A DNA stretch of 56,088 nt, the filler included, from Sphacelaria rigidula (Eukaryota): assembly GCA_964200075.2 (NCBI GenBank). It is 6 parts of 6 records of this genome, joined end to end, with 100 filler letters (N's around TTAATTAATTAA, not from the genome) between each part and the next. Parts side by side here need not be neighbours in the genome. Positions count along the whole stretch, not along the records: positions 46,825 to 56,088 come from CAXNAA020008890.1; 5 more parts are not named here. One strand, 5' to 3'. The translations under genes and the position numbers were made by a program. Below the pieces are notes generated by a model, which was given only the letters and a program-made list of their open reading frames with translations, ran no database searches and had not been told where the DNA came from. Below are positions 46,825 through 56,088 of this stretch, one piece after another; within the stretch, counting starts at the first letter, position 1, and the number at the start of each line of letters is the position of its first letter.

Positions 46825-48557
46825 GAAGTCGGTGTTCGGTGGCGTAAGGTGTCGCCACTGGGGCGGGTACGGCGGGGGTCGGGGAGCGACACGTTTGACC
46901 GCGTTGCTCGTGCCCCCGTCGGGGAGTACCTTTCGCTTGACGGCTGTCTTGGGGGCGGGCTGCGCGGGTGAGCCTGCTACCGCGAGCCCGGGGTTTTGGC
47001 GACCGATGAGGCTGCTGGGGTGGCCGTCGGCGGTGAGCGTTTTTACACGGGTGAACGATGGCACCGGCGCCGCGGGGCCCTGCCCGTTGGCGGGTGGGGC
47101 GGCAGGAGACTCCATGCGTAGGTTCAATCCCGCGTCCCTGCATTCTGTGAGCCACCCGTTGATGTCGTGGTTAAAGTCAGTGATTATGCGGGTTTTGACG
47201 GCCGCCTCGTCTCTGTGTAGAGAGGCGTAATTTTTCCCCGTGTACGCGTCCAGCGCCGACGCCATCCTCGTCAGTTCTCCTGTGATGAAGGCTCGCCTAT
47301 CCCGCCCGCCGCCGTTGTCGGTGGTGCCGAAGTTGATGATGGTCAGCGCCTTGGTGAATGTTGTGACATGGGCCTCAGCGCGAAAGTAGTTTTTTTTTAT
47401 GCCAGGCGGCACCGGGGAGTGGAAGTTGGTGACGTCTACGTCGGTCAACGTCTGGAGATTGCTCAGCATGCCCCGGTTGGTGTCGGCCACGTCGCGGAGT
47501 TTTAGTTTCAAGTTTGCGTCAGACATGGGAATGGAAATGGAGACCCCGCCCCTGAGGATGTGGAAGAGTGCCTTGTTTTCGTCCGAGAGCCAGCTGTTGA
47601 TCTCCCGCTTCTCCTGCATTTCTTCGGCCTTCTTCGTACTGGCGGGGGCGGCGTTGGCCGCTCCCATTGCATGCATGAGTTGTTGGATCTGACCCCCTCC
47701 CCCGCCACTGAGAAGTTGAAGGAGTTGGTGGATCGGGGATTGCGGCTGTGCTTGGTGGTATTGCTGTGGTTGCTGTTGATGGAGTTGTTGTACGTGGTGC
47801 TGGTCCGGCTGCGGTTGCTGTTGTTGCTGCGGCGGCTGCGGTTGTTGGTGTTGGTGCTGCGGTTGTTGGTGCTGCTCGTGCTGCTGAGGTTGATGCTGTT
47901 GCTGCTGCTGTTGCGGTTGATGATGATGATGTGGCTGCGCCTGTTGGAGTTGGTGATGCGGTAGTGGCCCTCCGATGGGTGGCGGCAGTGGGGCGCTAGG
48001 GCAAGCGGGGAGGCCCCATTTACTCTTCCCCCCGCCATGTGCTGTTGCTGTGCGGCGCCCGCCGGCTGCTGGCCGACCAGGCCTTGGACGGCCCCGCCTT
48101 GCTGTTGTGGTTGTCCGTACTGGAGAAGATGTACCTGCTGTTGAAGGTTCGAGATTGTCTGGCTCTGTTGCTGCTGTCGGTGGAGGCTTTGCTGGTGTTG
48201 TTGTTCCATGTTGATGTTTGTTTTCGCCTGTGCCTGCAGGATTTGAGCTAGAATGTCTGATGGCTCGCTTGGGCTTGGTGGGGGTCCGAGTAGCGGTGGG
48301 GGAGGTGCAGGTGCGTCAGTATCCAGCTGGCCTGCACTACCTTGCGGGCGGGCATGCCGGTTGACGGAGATCGGGTTGCTGTGCGTGCCTCCGGCTGGTG
48401 GTGCCGAGGCTCGGCGTGGTTCCCTTCCTGCGGTCCTTCCCTCTTTTGCTCCTACCGTTGCTCGAGCTCCTGATGTGCTGTGGGGGTGTTGGCCTTAGCT
48501 TTGCGAAGCTGCTCCTCCCGCTGCTGCTGTTGCTCCCGATGTTGATGTGTTGTCCAT
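46825..48557 (-). pseudogene. Decayed intronless ORF (Gln/His/Pro-rich N-half, globular C-half), possibly a retroelement ORF1/gag; truncated by the scaffold end
   Basis: ATG at 48557 is in frame with the 47508-48209 ORF apart from one TAA (48495-48497). A 1-nt frameshift in a C run near 47990 joins it to the 46777-47676 ORF. Confidence 0.55.
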
Positions 48558-49579
48558 TGTAAAAATCGATCAAGTGCCAGGGACTACTGTACTACTGAGA
48601 CTGCTGGCGTGTCGCTGACTGGTCAACTGGTCTCGAGTGATACTGTCTGCTTCTTTGGTGGTCTTGCACCAGACCAGTCTCGCCCGCTTGAACCAACTCT
48701 GCGGCGTTTGCGCCTTGGACACGCGATCCCTTATATCTTATTTCAACTTCGGCATACGCAAGAGTACATCCCTTAAAATTCGTCATCCGCCAACATAAAC
48801 CTCGTATTCATACTGGATACAACCAGTCTTGAGTCGTTTTCCGCAAGCAGTTTTTTTCCAGATTGAACTGCCTTCGAAGCCTAGATTTGCACACAGGTAC
48901 AAAAATGCGACGGTTCTGCAAGTGACGGTTAGTCCGCAATATTTGTGTACAGTACCCATGTTCCTTTTTTTTTTTCACCGAGTGTTTCAGTTTTGTTTTA
49001 CTTGGGTACGTTTATCATGTGACCACGGCTGGATCATGACTCCTGGGGGGTCAGTTAAAGGGCGACACTCAATCAAGCAAGCAATGAATCAATCAGTACT
49101 GCTGCAAACAAGATGCAACAAAAGGTAACACAACGCCTCCACACCGAGCAATCATTGACCCACGGTAATCTTTGTTTGAGAGAAATCTGTCCAGTATTGG
49201 ATGAGAGCTGGCCGCGTGCGTGTCAAATTGCAATTTAAAACGTTCCGTTGTCGACTGTGAGCGTGTGCCGTGCGCGCGTCTCATGCAAATAATCATTTCT
49301 CACCGAAGTCTGAACCTTTGTGAGCAAGGTCACGCACAACATGCTCAGCTGATGAGCAGCTATTGATCGAGCTGTGCGCTTCGTTTTGTGAGGACGGTAC
49401 GATCCTCAGGTTCACGTTTGTTGTTTTGAGTTGTCTGTCGATAAGCCTTTTTTGGTTATGCCCCCTGTCAAGGGCACATTTTATGTTCCGTGTCACAAAA
49501 TCACTCTTCTTGCCGAACTGATTTTTGCACCGGCACCGTAGGTAAGGTAGGTACCCGGTACCGGTGTTTGGGACATTTC

Positions 49580-50085
49580 ATACCCTACCGATACCGGTCC
49601 AATCCGGTATTTTCAAAAGCTATACCTACGATACCTGCGATACCAGGGTATTTCGAGATTCCAATACTTACCGCACCCGCCAAATCCGGTATTTTCAAAT
49701 GCGATACCTACGATACCTACGGTACTAGGGTATTTCGAGATTTCAGTACCTACCGCACCCGCCAAGTCCGGTATTTTGAAATGCCAATACCTACGATACC
49801 TACGAACGACACGAGGGTATTTAAAAAATTTAATACCCTACCGTACCCACCAAATCCGGCATTTTCAAATGTCATACCTACGATACCTACGATGCCAGGG
49901 TATTTCGAGATTTCAATACCTACCATACACGCCCAACCCGGTATTTTGAAATGGCATACCTGCGATGCCTACGATACCCGGGTATTTCGAGATTTCAAAA
50001 CCCACCATACCCGCCCAACCCGGTATTTTAAAATGTCATACCTACGATGCCTACGATACCAGGATATTCCGAGATTGCAATACCT
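49580..50085 (+). repeat. ~82-bp tandem repeat, about 6 copies (transposon subterminal-like)
   Basis: acccgccaaatccggtattttcaaatg..atacctacgatacctacga..ccagggtatttcgagattt; units at 49675 and 49757 are 82 bp apart. Confidence 0.85.
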
Positions 50086-50164
50086 ATACACGTGCACTAT
50101 ATATTCCGCCGCCCCCCCTGTCCAGCAGCTGGAGGCCCCAGCAGAAGAATTCCTTCCGCACGTG

Positions 50165-50540
50165 TTGGTATTTATCCGCGGATATTCATACAAGTTTAGC
50201 GGATAACCGTATCGTTTTCACGGATTACTGCGACGGTGCACTTTGGGGAATTGATGCGGTTTGTGCGGTTTGTTCCATGGAGGGGGGCGAACCGCTCCGT
50301 GAAAAACTCCATGCCACGGATATCGGCTCCGCAATAATCCGTGCATTTGTAGCGGGCGGATATATCCGCTCCGTGACAATGCGTGATTTTTCCCATTGAC
50401 GAATATGCGCTCCGTACCATATTCGAAAAATCCGCTCCGCACCATGACATTTTCATTGGCGGATATCCGCTCCGCTGCGTGAGGTTTCGAAAAAAAATAA
50501 TCCGCATCGCAGAGCGGTTTGTCCTCGATACACATCCCTG
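50165..50540. mobile_element. hAT-like relic with repeated ATCCGCTCCG motifs, ending in CATCCCTG
   Basis: The right end read inward is CAGGGATG (Ac-like TIR start); the left TIR was not found. Confidence 0.4.
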
Positions 50541-51417
50541 ATATTTTGCCCGATAAGAGCCCGCCTGAACCCGGTATTTACTTGACGGAAGCTTCGGGTA
50601 AATTGGGTACGATCGCAATGCAGTGTACTCTACAGTACTCTACCCCAAAATTGGGTACAGTTGGGTATGATCTCAGTGTGTGTTGTGTGTTCTCGTCCCA
50701 TCTATTCTGGACGCCAGGCTATACCTTTCGGTATATGTGGGCGATTTAGAGGAAGGCCAACACAGGAGTTTTTCTTTCAGCACTCTTCCGAAATACTGAG
50801 TAATAGTTGGGGTATTTTGAGGAACCTGCGATTCGTTCCCAGGAAATTGAGGTTCCTTCCTCTCACTACTGTACAGCTCTTGTGTTTGTCTGGCGCTGTG
50901 GTGGGTCTGTCGAGTACAGCTGAGAAGAGCTGCTGGGACGGTCGCAGCAGAAGCGCCCTCGAGGAAGTATGGAAGAAAATGGGAAAATATGCCGAAAACC
51001 TTTTTCTGTTTGTTTATTAATCATTTTTTTCATGCACCATGGATTCCTTGCTGACCCAAGCCCAAAAGTTGAAGGTTTGGGGAGAACTAACGAATAGGTG
51101 GGGTGCGCCAAACTCAGCGATACAAACAAACCACGAAGTAGAATTGCTCCGCACTATTACCGTCGACGTTCTACCCGTTACTTTGACGGTTATTTGAGCA
51201 CTCTTTACTCACCAAAGTCTTCGGTTCAAACAAGTTAGACACAACTGGCGACGGGCTAAGCCCTCGATCCTTTGACCGCCACTCCAACATAAGGCTATCT
51301 GTGTCAACTCTCCTGAAACTGTCACACATCCTACCAACTACTGAACGTGTGGTCATTTCCCAACGACTCAAATATCACCCCGTTTGCACACAATCTCCGT
51401 CGTAGAAAACCCCTGTC

Positions 51418-51674
51418 GACAATTTCTACGTTAGCCCCCCCTCCCCGAAAAAAAGCCCAACATTGTCATCAAGAAAATGGTCATACAGCGCCTGATGTTC
51501 GGTTTTAGGCTGTATGAAGCGCGCTTCATATGAGCGACATTTGCGGAAACAAACTCAAGCGGGGGAAATCCCAGCTGCTCGTTGTGCGCGGCTTTTCTCA
51601 TTTCGAATTACGTGTAGATTTTGCCTCCCCAAACCAGCCACTTTTCCGGGGGGGGGGCTATCGTAGAAAGTGTC
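51418..51674. mobile_element. MITE with GACACTTTCTACGATAGCCCCCC-type TIRs; solo ends at 13656-13690 and 29359-29386
   Basis: gacaatttctacgttagcccccc / ggggggctatcgtagaaagtgtc. Confidence 0.65.
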
Positions 51675-52274
51675 GGTTATCTTGACTAGTTTAGCTAGAG
51701 ACGGACAACTGAGGTCGCAATTTTGTGAAACGGTATAATTCCAATACTCCATCTACACGAATATTTGGTTGGGTATGATCTCAATTCTTCACCGAAATTT
51801 GGGGAAAGTGTTGTTGTTGTCTTCACATCCAAAACCGTTCCGATATCTGCGCGGTACATTCGTACTGGGCATCTGACGCGGACGCCTTCCGTGGTCACAG
51901 GCTGGCTACTTGATAATTAGGTATGAAGAAATCAAACAAAGCCAAAAAATTAAATCGACCTAGAGTAAAACTCGCAAAACGCGATATAAGCAAAACAGGG
52001 ATAAATAATAAAGAAGAGAAAGAATGCATATGGCTAACCTTGTGTCAGTAGTACCGGGTGATGATCATCACTTGGGTATTATCTCGGTGTCACTGGCGCG
52101 TAAGTGACGTCGTCACGTCACGTCGCAGACTACCTTGGCTGTGGGGGCGAATGATGACCACCGCCAACAAAAAAAGCGTCTATTGTTTCATTGCGCCGTA
52201 AGTACATACGTATATATTTTCTGCCGCACCTCAACTAATCCCCCAGGAATTCAGCCGTGGTCATTATACACATA

Positions 52275-52870
52275 CTTCCTCTGTCCCATAAGTCTGTATC
52301 GTTATGTTTGTACGAGCCCTCAACGATGTCCGATTTGATTGTCGATTTTTTGGTTTCATTTGTTGGTGTTTTTTTAGCAAGAGGGTTAGTTTTTTGTACA
52401 ACGTGGGTGCTCGACCCGTGCAGCATCGCGGCCGAGAAAAATTAGGCCGGTCAAAACATGGCCATATTTCGCTCTTTTCCCCAGTGAAGCATCGGGAACC
52501 CGGGAATTGCGAAAATTTGTGAGAAAAAATGTGAAAAACCGCGAAATCACCACTGATTTGGATACCTCCATGACGTTAACCTACGCACGCCCCATGTAAC
52601 AAATTTTCAACATTTAATCGCGAGTGCCCGACGTAAAAACGTCCAAAATCGGTCAATATCGGGGTATAAGTGGCAAAAAAAGGGCCAAAATGGAGTGCAA
52701 TTCGACATAGTTTTGGTATTGAAAACAAGTTTTTTTTCGTATTATTTTTCCTAGTCAGCTTCGTCTGTGCGTCATCTCTCTAACGAGCCCAACTGTAGGA
52801 TGATCGTCAGCGTTGTAACACCAAAACGATTAAACGCCCATAACGATACAGACTTATGGGACAGAGGAAG
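52275..52870. mobile_element. Tc1/mariner (Stowaway-like) MITE with perfect 32-bp TIRs and a TA target duplication
   Basis: TA|cttcctctgtcccataagtctgtatcgttatg ... cataacgatacagacttatgggacagaggaag|TA. Confidence 0.9.
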
Positions 52871-53411
52871 TAATAGACGTACTCGAGATGAAAACAAGAT
52901 GAAAACACTCGCTGAAAAAAATCAAAGAAGAGAGGAAAGGTTGAGCAATCAAGGTGGACTGAAAAAAAATAGGGGGGGGAACAAAACAAAACAGAGATGC
53001 CGGCCTCTACAACATGGCCTCGGTGGGAAAGGTCTCGCGTGAAAACCGAATATTAATTCCCAATCTTCAAAAACGAACAACCGTGGGAACAGATTGCGAC
53101 TCATCTATATACAGTTCACTATTTTGTTGGGCTGTGAACTGGCAGGTCTGGCCAGTTACTGTAGTTTTTCCAGCGGACGGTACATCGATGTATTTCCAGT
53201 TAATCGGTTGATTGATGTTTTCCCCCGTTCATCGGTCGCCAATTAACTGAAAAAACATTGGCGGCGAGCTGCGAAGCCGCGAGCCCCAACACCCCCCCCC
53301 CCTCGACTGGTGAGGGGGCCTCGCGGGAGCGCCGCCAGAGACGAGAAAAAAAGGGATTCTTTTCTTGTTTTCGCTTGAAAAAATGTGGATGTAAAAAACG
53401 TGAACGCTCAC

Positions 53412-53483
53412 ATTGAGGAGCAAAGATGCCCAGATGGCATGATGATTCCGTTCAAGGCGGTGAGCGACTCGAAAATGATCCAC
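53412..53483 (-). CDS. Candidate exon of an unknown gene (VDHFRVAHRLERNHHAIWASLLLN in phase 0)
   Basis: Acceptor gtatgctgcag|, donor AAT|gtgagc; 72 nt; open frame. Confidence 0.45.
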
Positions 53484-54379
53484 CTGCAGCATACAGCAGC
53501 AGAGACTCTCCGCGAGGAGCAGAGGATGGGAACGAGGAAGCCAAGGCTGGCAGCACGTGAGAATAAGAGCGAAAAATTAGTCACATCCGGGCCGACAAAC
53601 ACGCGAGTGGTTAAATAGAAAGCCATGGCGTATTTCGTATTTTGTGGTCGCCTGTTACGCCTCTTATGTATTTTTCGGGTGTCGGGCAATGAGACAAAAA
53701 AACCTTGGCATATATCCGCTATACCACTTCGAGGTGTAGTGCACCGCTGCTTCATGCGTCATTGACGCACACCAAGTAACACCGCAGAAGAACCACCGAT
53801 CAAGGACAAAAACAACAACGATAGTATGCGGAGTGATCCGACAAACAATATCGTCCACAGCACCTGCAATACCCACTATATTTGTCCGTTCTTGTACCTC
53901 TCCACCAAACATCAAATAATTACAAATTGCAGGTGGATATGTTTAGGGGATGTGAGCCATGGAGACATTTATATGCGTCGAAGTATTTTCGAAAGAAGTG
54001 CGAGTATACTCTCCGGTCGTGATGTGTGGTCTTGTTCACCGTAAGAAACAAATCCATCCGCAATTCGTAAAATCCCCCGCCAACAAGATATTCTGACATG
54101 TAAGGACAATTGTCTGGTACGGGAATGAACGGAGCTCGAAATTGGTCGGTAAAAACACGGCTTTTTACAACCTGTGCGTGATTTTCCGAAGCTCTTGAGC
54201 GTACATATACCAATACGTTTGTCAAATGGAGTGTATCACTCAATACGTGGTCAATGCAAACACGAGGAGAGAACAAACAGCACCGATTTATGGTACGCCA
54301 CGGAAGGAATAGAAGGCAACAATACCTACATGAACTAAGCCACAGAATATCCCCCGCTCCCTCCCCCGCCACTCCTCAC

Positions 54380-54416
54380 CTCTAGACACTTGGGTTGGCG
54401 TCGAGTGGCAACGGCG
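54380..54416 (-). CDS. Candidate exon upstream of 53412-53483 (AVATRRQPKCLE)
   Basis: Acceptor ttgttttacag|, donor GAG|gtgagg; 37 nt; can end in phase 0. Confidence 0.4.
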
Positions 54417-54709
54417 CTGTAAAACAAGCCATCAAAACCTAGACATGTACAGACTGTCACCCTACATATACCGGGGACCGCCACTAGACGAAGAAGGTCC
54501 CGGACCGACGGACACAAGATTCAATAACCTGAACAACCCTAAGGTTTCCCCCAGAAGCACACAAATTGATATAGACATGATACACCGAAGTTGTTTTCTT
54601 CCCCCTAATTTTACCACTTCTTTTCCTTAGCCATTCTGTTTTTCCTTCCTTTCTAGTACTTTCCTTCTTTTCTCTCTCTACATTTCTCCCTTTTCCGTTT
54701 TTTATTTTC

Positions 54710-55750
54710 AACCTGTCACTACACAGGCCGGATACAGACATGAAATAGGGGAGCTAACCCTCCTTTTTATTTAACCTACTACGACACAGCCCAGACATGG
54801 GCATGGAATTAAGAAGCTGACCCTCCTTTTTATTTAACCCACCATAACACAGCCCGGATATAGACATGGAATGTAGAAGCTCACCCTTTTTCTTTAACCT
54901 ACCATAACACAGCCCGGACGTGGACATGAAGAAAAACAGCTAACCCTCCTTTTTCTTTCACTTACCATAACACAGCCCGGACATAAACATGGAATAGAGA
55001 AGCTCACCCTCCTTTCTCTTTCGCTCACCATAACACAGCCCGGACATAGACATGGAATAGAGAAGCTCACCCTCCTTTTTCTTTCACTTACCATAACACA
55101 GCCCGGACATAGACATGGAATGAAGCAGCTAACCCTCCTTTTTCGATAACCGGCGATAACACAGCCCGGGCATGGACATGGAATAGAGAAGTTCACCTCC
55201 TTTTTCTTTAACCTACCATAACACAGCCCAGACGTGGACATGAAGAAAAACAGCTAACCCTCCTTTTTCTTTCACTTACCATAACACAGCCCGGACATGA
55301 ACATGGAATAGAGAAGCTCACCCTCTTTTTTCTTTCGCTCACCATAACACAGCCCGGACATGGACATGGAATAGAGAAGCTCACCCTCCTTTTTCTTTCA
55401 CTTACCATAACACAGCCCGGACATAGACATGGAATGAAGCAGCTAACCCTCCTTTTTCTATAACCGGCGATAACACAGCCCGGGCATGGACATGCAATAG
55501 AGAAGCTCACCTCCTTTTTCTTTAACCTACCATAACACAGCCCAGACGTGGACATGAAGAAAAACAGCTAACCCTCCTTTTTCTTTAACCGGCGAGAACA
55601 CAGCCCGAACATGGACATGAAATAGAGAAGCTAACCTTCCCTTTTTTTTTTCACCTACCATAACACAGCCCGGACATGGACACGAAATAGAGAGGCTAAC
55701 CTTCCTTCTTCCTTAACCGACCAAAAGACAGCCCAAACATGAACGTGGAA
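54710..55750 (+). repeat. ~63-bp minisatellite (about 17 copies) with a 5-monomer, 314-bp higher-order repeat
   Basis: Monomer accataacacagcccggacatagacatggaatagagaagctcaccctcctttttctttcactt; the diagnostic variant gacgtggacatgaagaaaaac recurs in monomers starting at 54901, 55215 and 55529. Confidence 0.95.
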
Positions 55751-56088
55751 TTGCGAAAAATAACAGATCTACTGTCCCATGTCAAGTCGAAAACCCCCCG
55801 AGATTCTCTCCCCAGTATCATAACAAACGTAAGACAATAATAAATCCAAAACCTAGAAGTGTAAACAACATCGTGGAGGTTCACCACCTTACATGCAAAT
55901 CGAAAGTGCAGAAGATATAACCAGTACGAATAAGGCAGGGTCATTACCCCCCCCATTAAAAATTTCATGGAGGTTGGGGTCTCGTGGTGAGATACCTGTA
56001 AAACCTTACCGGCTTCCAGTAGGCGGTGGACGTCTGGTCAGCCATTTCCAGAATTTTTCGACATTAGGTGCAAAACGCGCCTAATGAA

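Noticed and set aside
49490-50206. 238-aa ORF with IPTIP repeats
   Set aside because: Read-through of an 82-bp non-triplet tandem repeat.
54894-55555. Cys-rich CxCxxC 21-aa repeat ORFs resembling metallothionein
   Set aside because: These are translations of the minisatellite; the 314-bp period is not a multiple of 3 and each block ends in a stop.
54710-55750. CRISPR-like appearance of the regular repeats (also 49580-50085 and the 114-bp array)
   Set aside because: Units are similar along their whole length with no unique spacers, there are no cas genes, and the context is eukaryotic.

Overview
Eukaryotic nuclear DNA, most likely from a brown alga (Phaeophyceae). This is inferred from an EsV-1-7 repeat gene, a flagellar DRC7 gene, short exons in long introns and dense small transposon relics. 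The window is not contiguous. It is six scaffolds of 9,264-9,265 bp (1-9265, 9366-18630, 18731-27995, 28096-37360, 37461-46724, 46825-56088) joined by identical 100-nt N44-TTAATTAATTAA-N44 linkers, which looks like a size-sorted unplaced-scaffold pseudomolecule. Scaffold 1 holds the 3' part of a minus-strand gene for a largely disordered protein, whose five coding repeats each re-create the splice acceptor. Scaffold 2 holds an intronless array of 17 x 38-aa EsV-1-7 Cys3His repeats with a hypervariable residue pair at a fixed position and a basic/SUMO-motif tail; this is the best candidate for an undescribed modular, TALE-like recognition system. Scaffold 3 holds four phase-compatible exons of a PPR-like gene. 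Scaffold 4 is mostly LINE and fold-back relics. Scaffold 5 holds four exons of DRC7/CCDC135 with GC-AG introns. Scaffold 6 holds a decayed Gln-rich ORF, a mariner-type MITE and a 63-bp minisatellite with a 314-bp higher-order repeat. No tRNA, rRNA or CRISPR feature could be supported. All family assignments come from motif recognition by eye, not from database searches.
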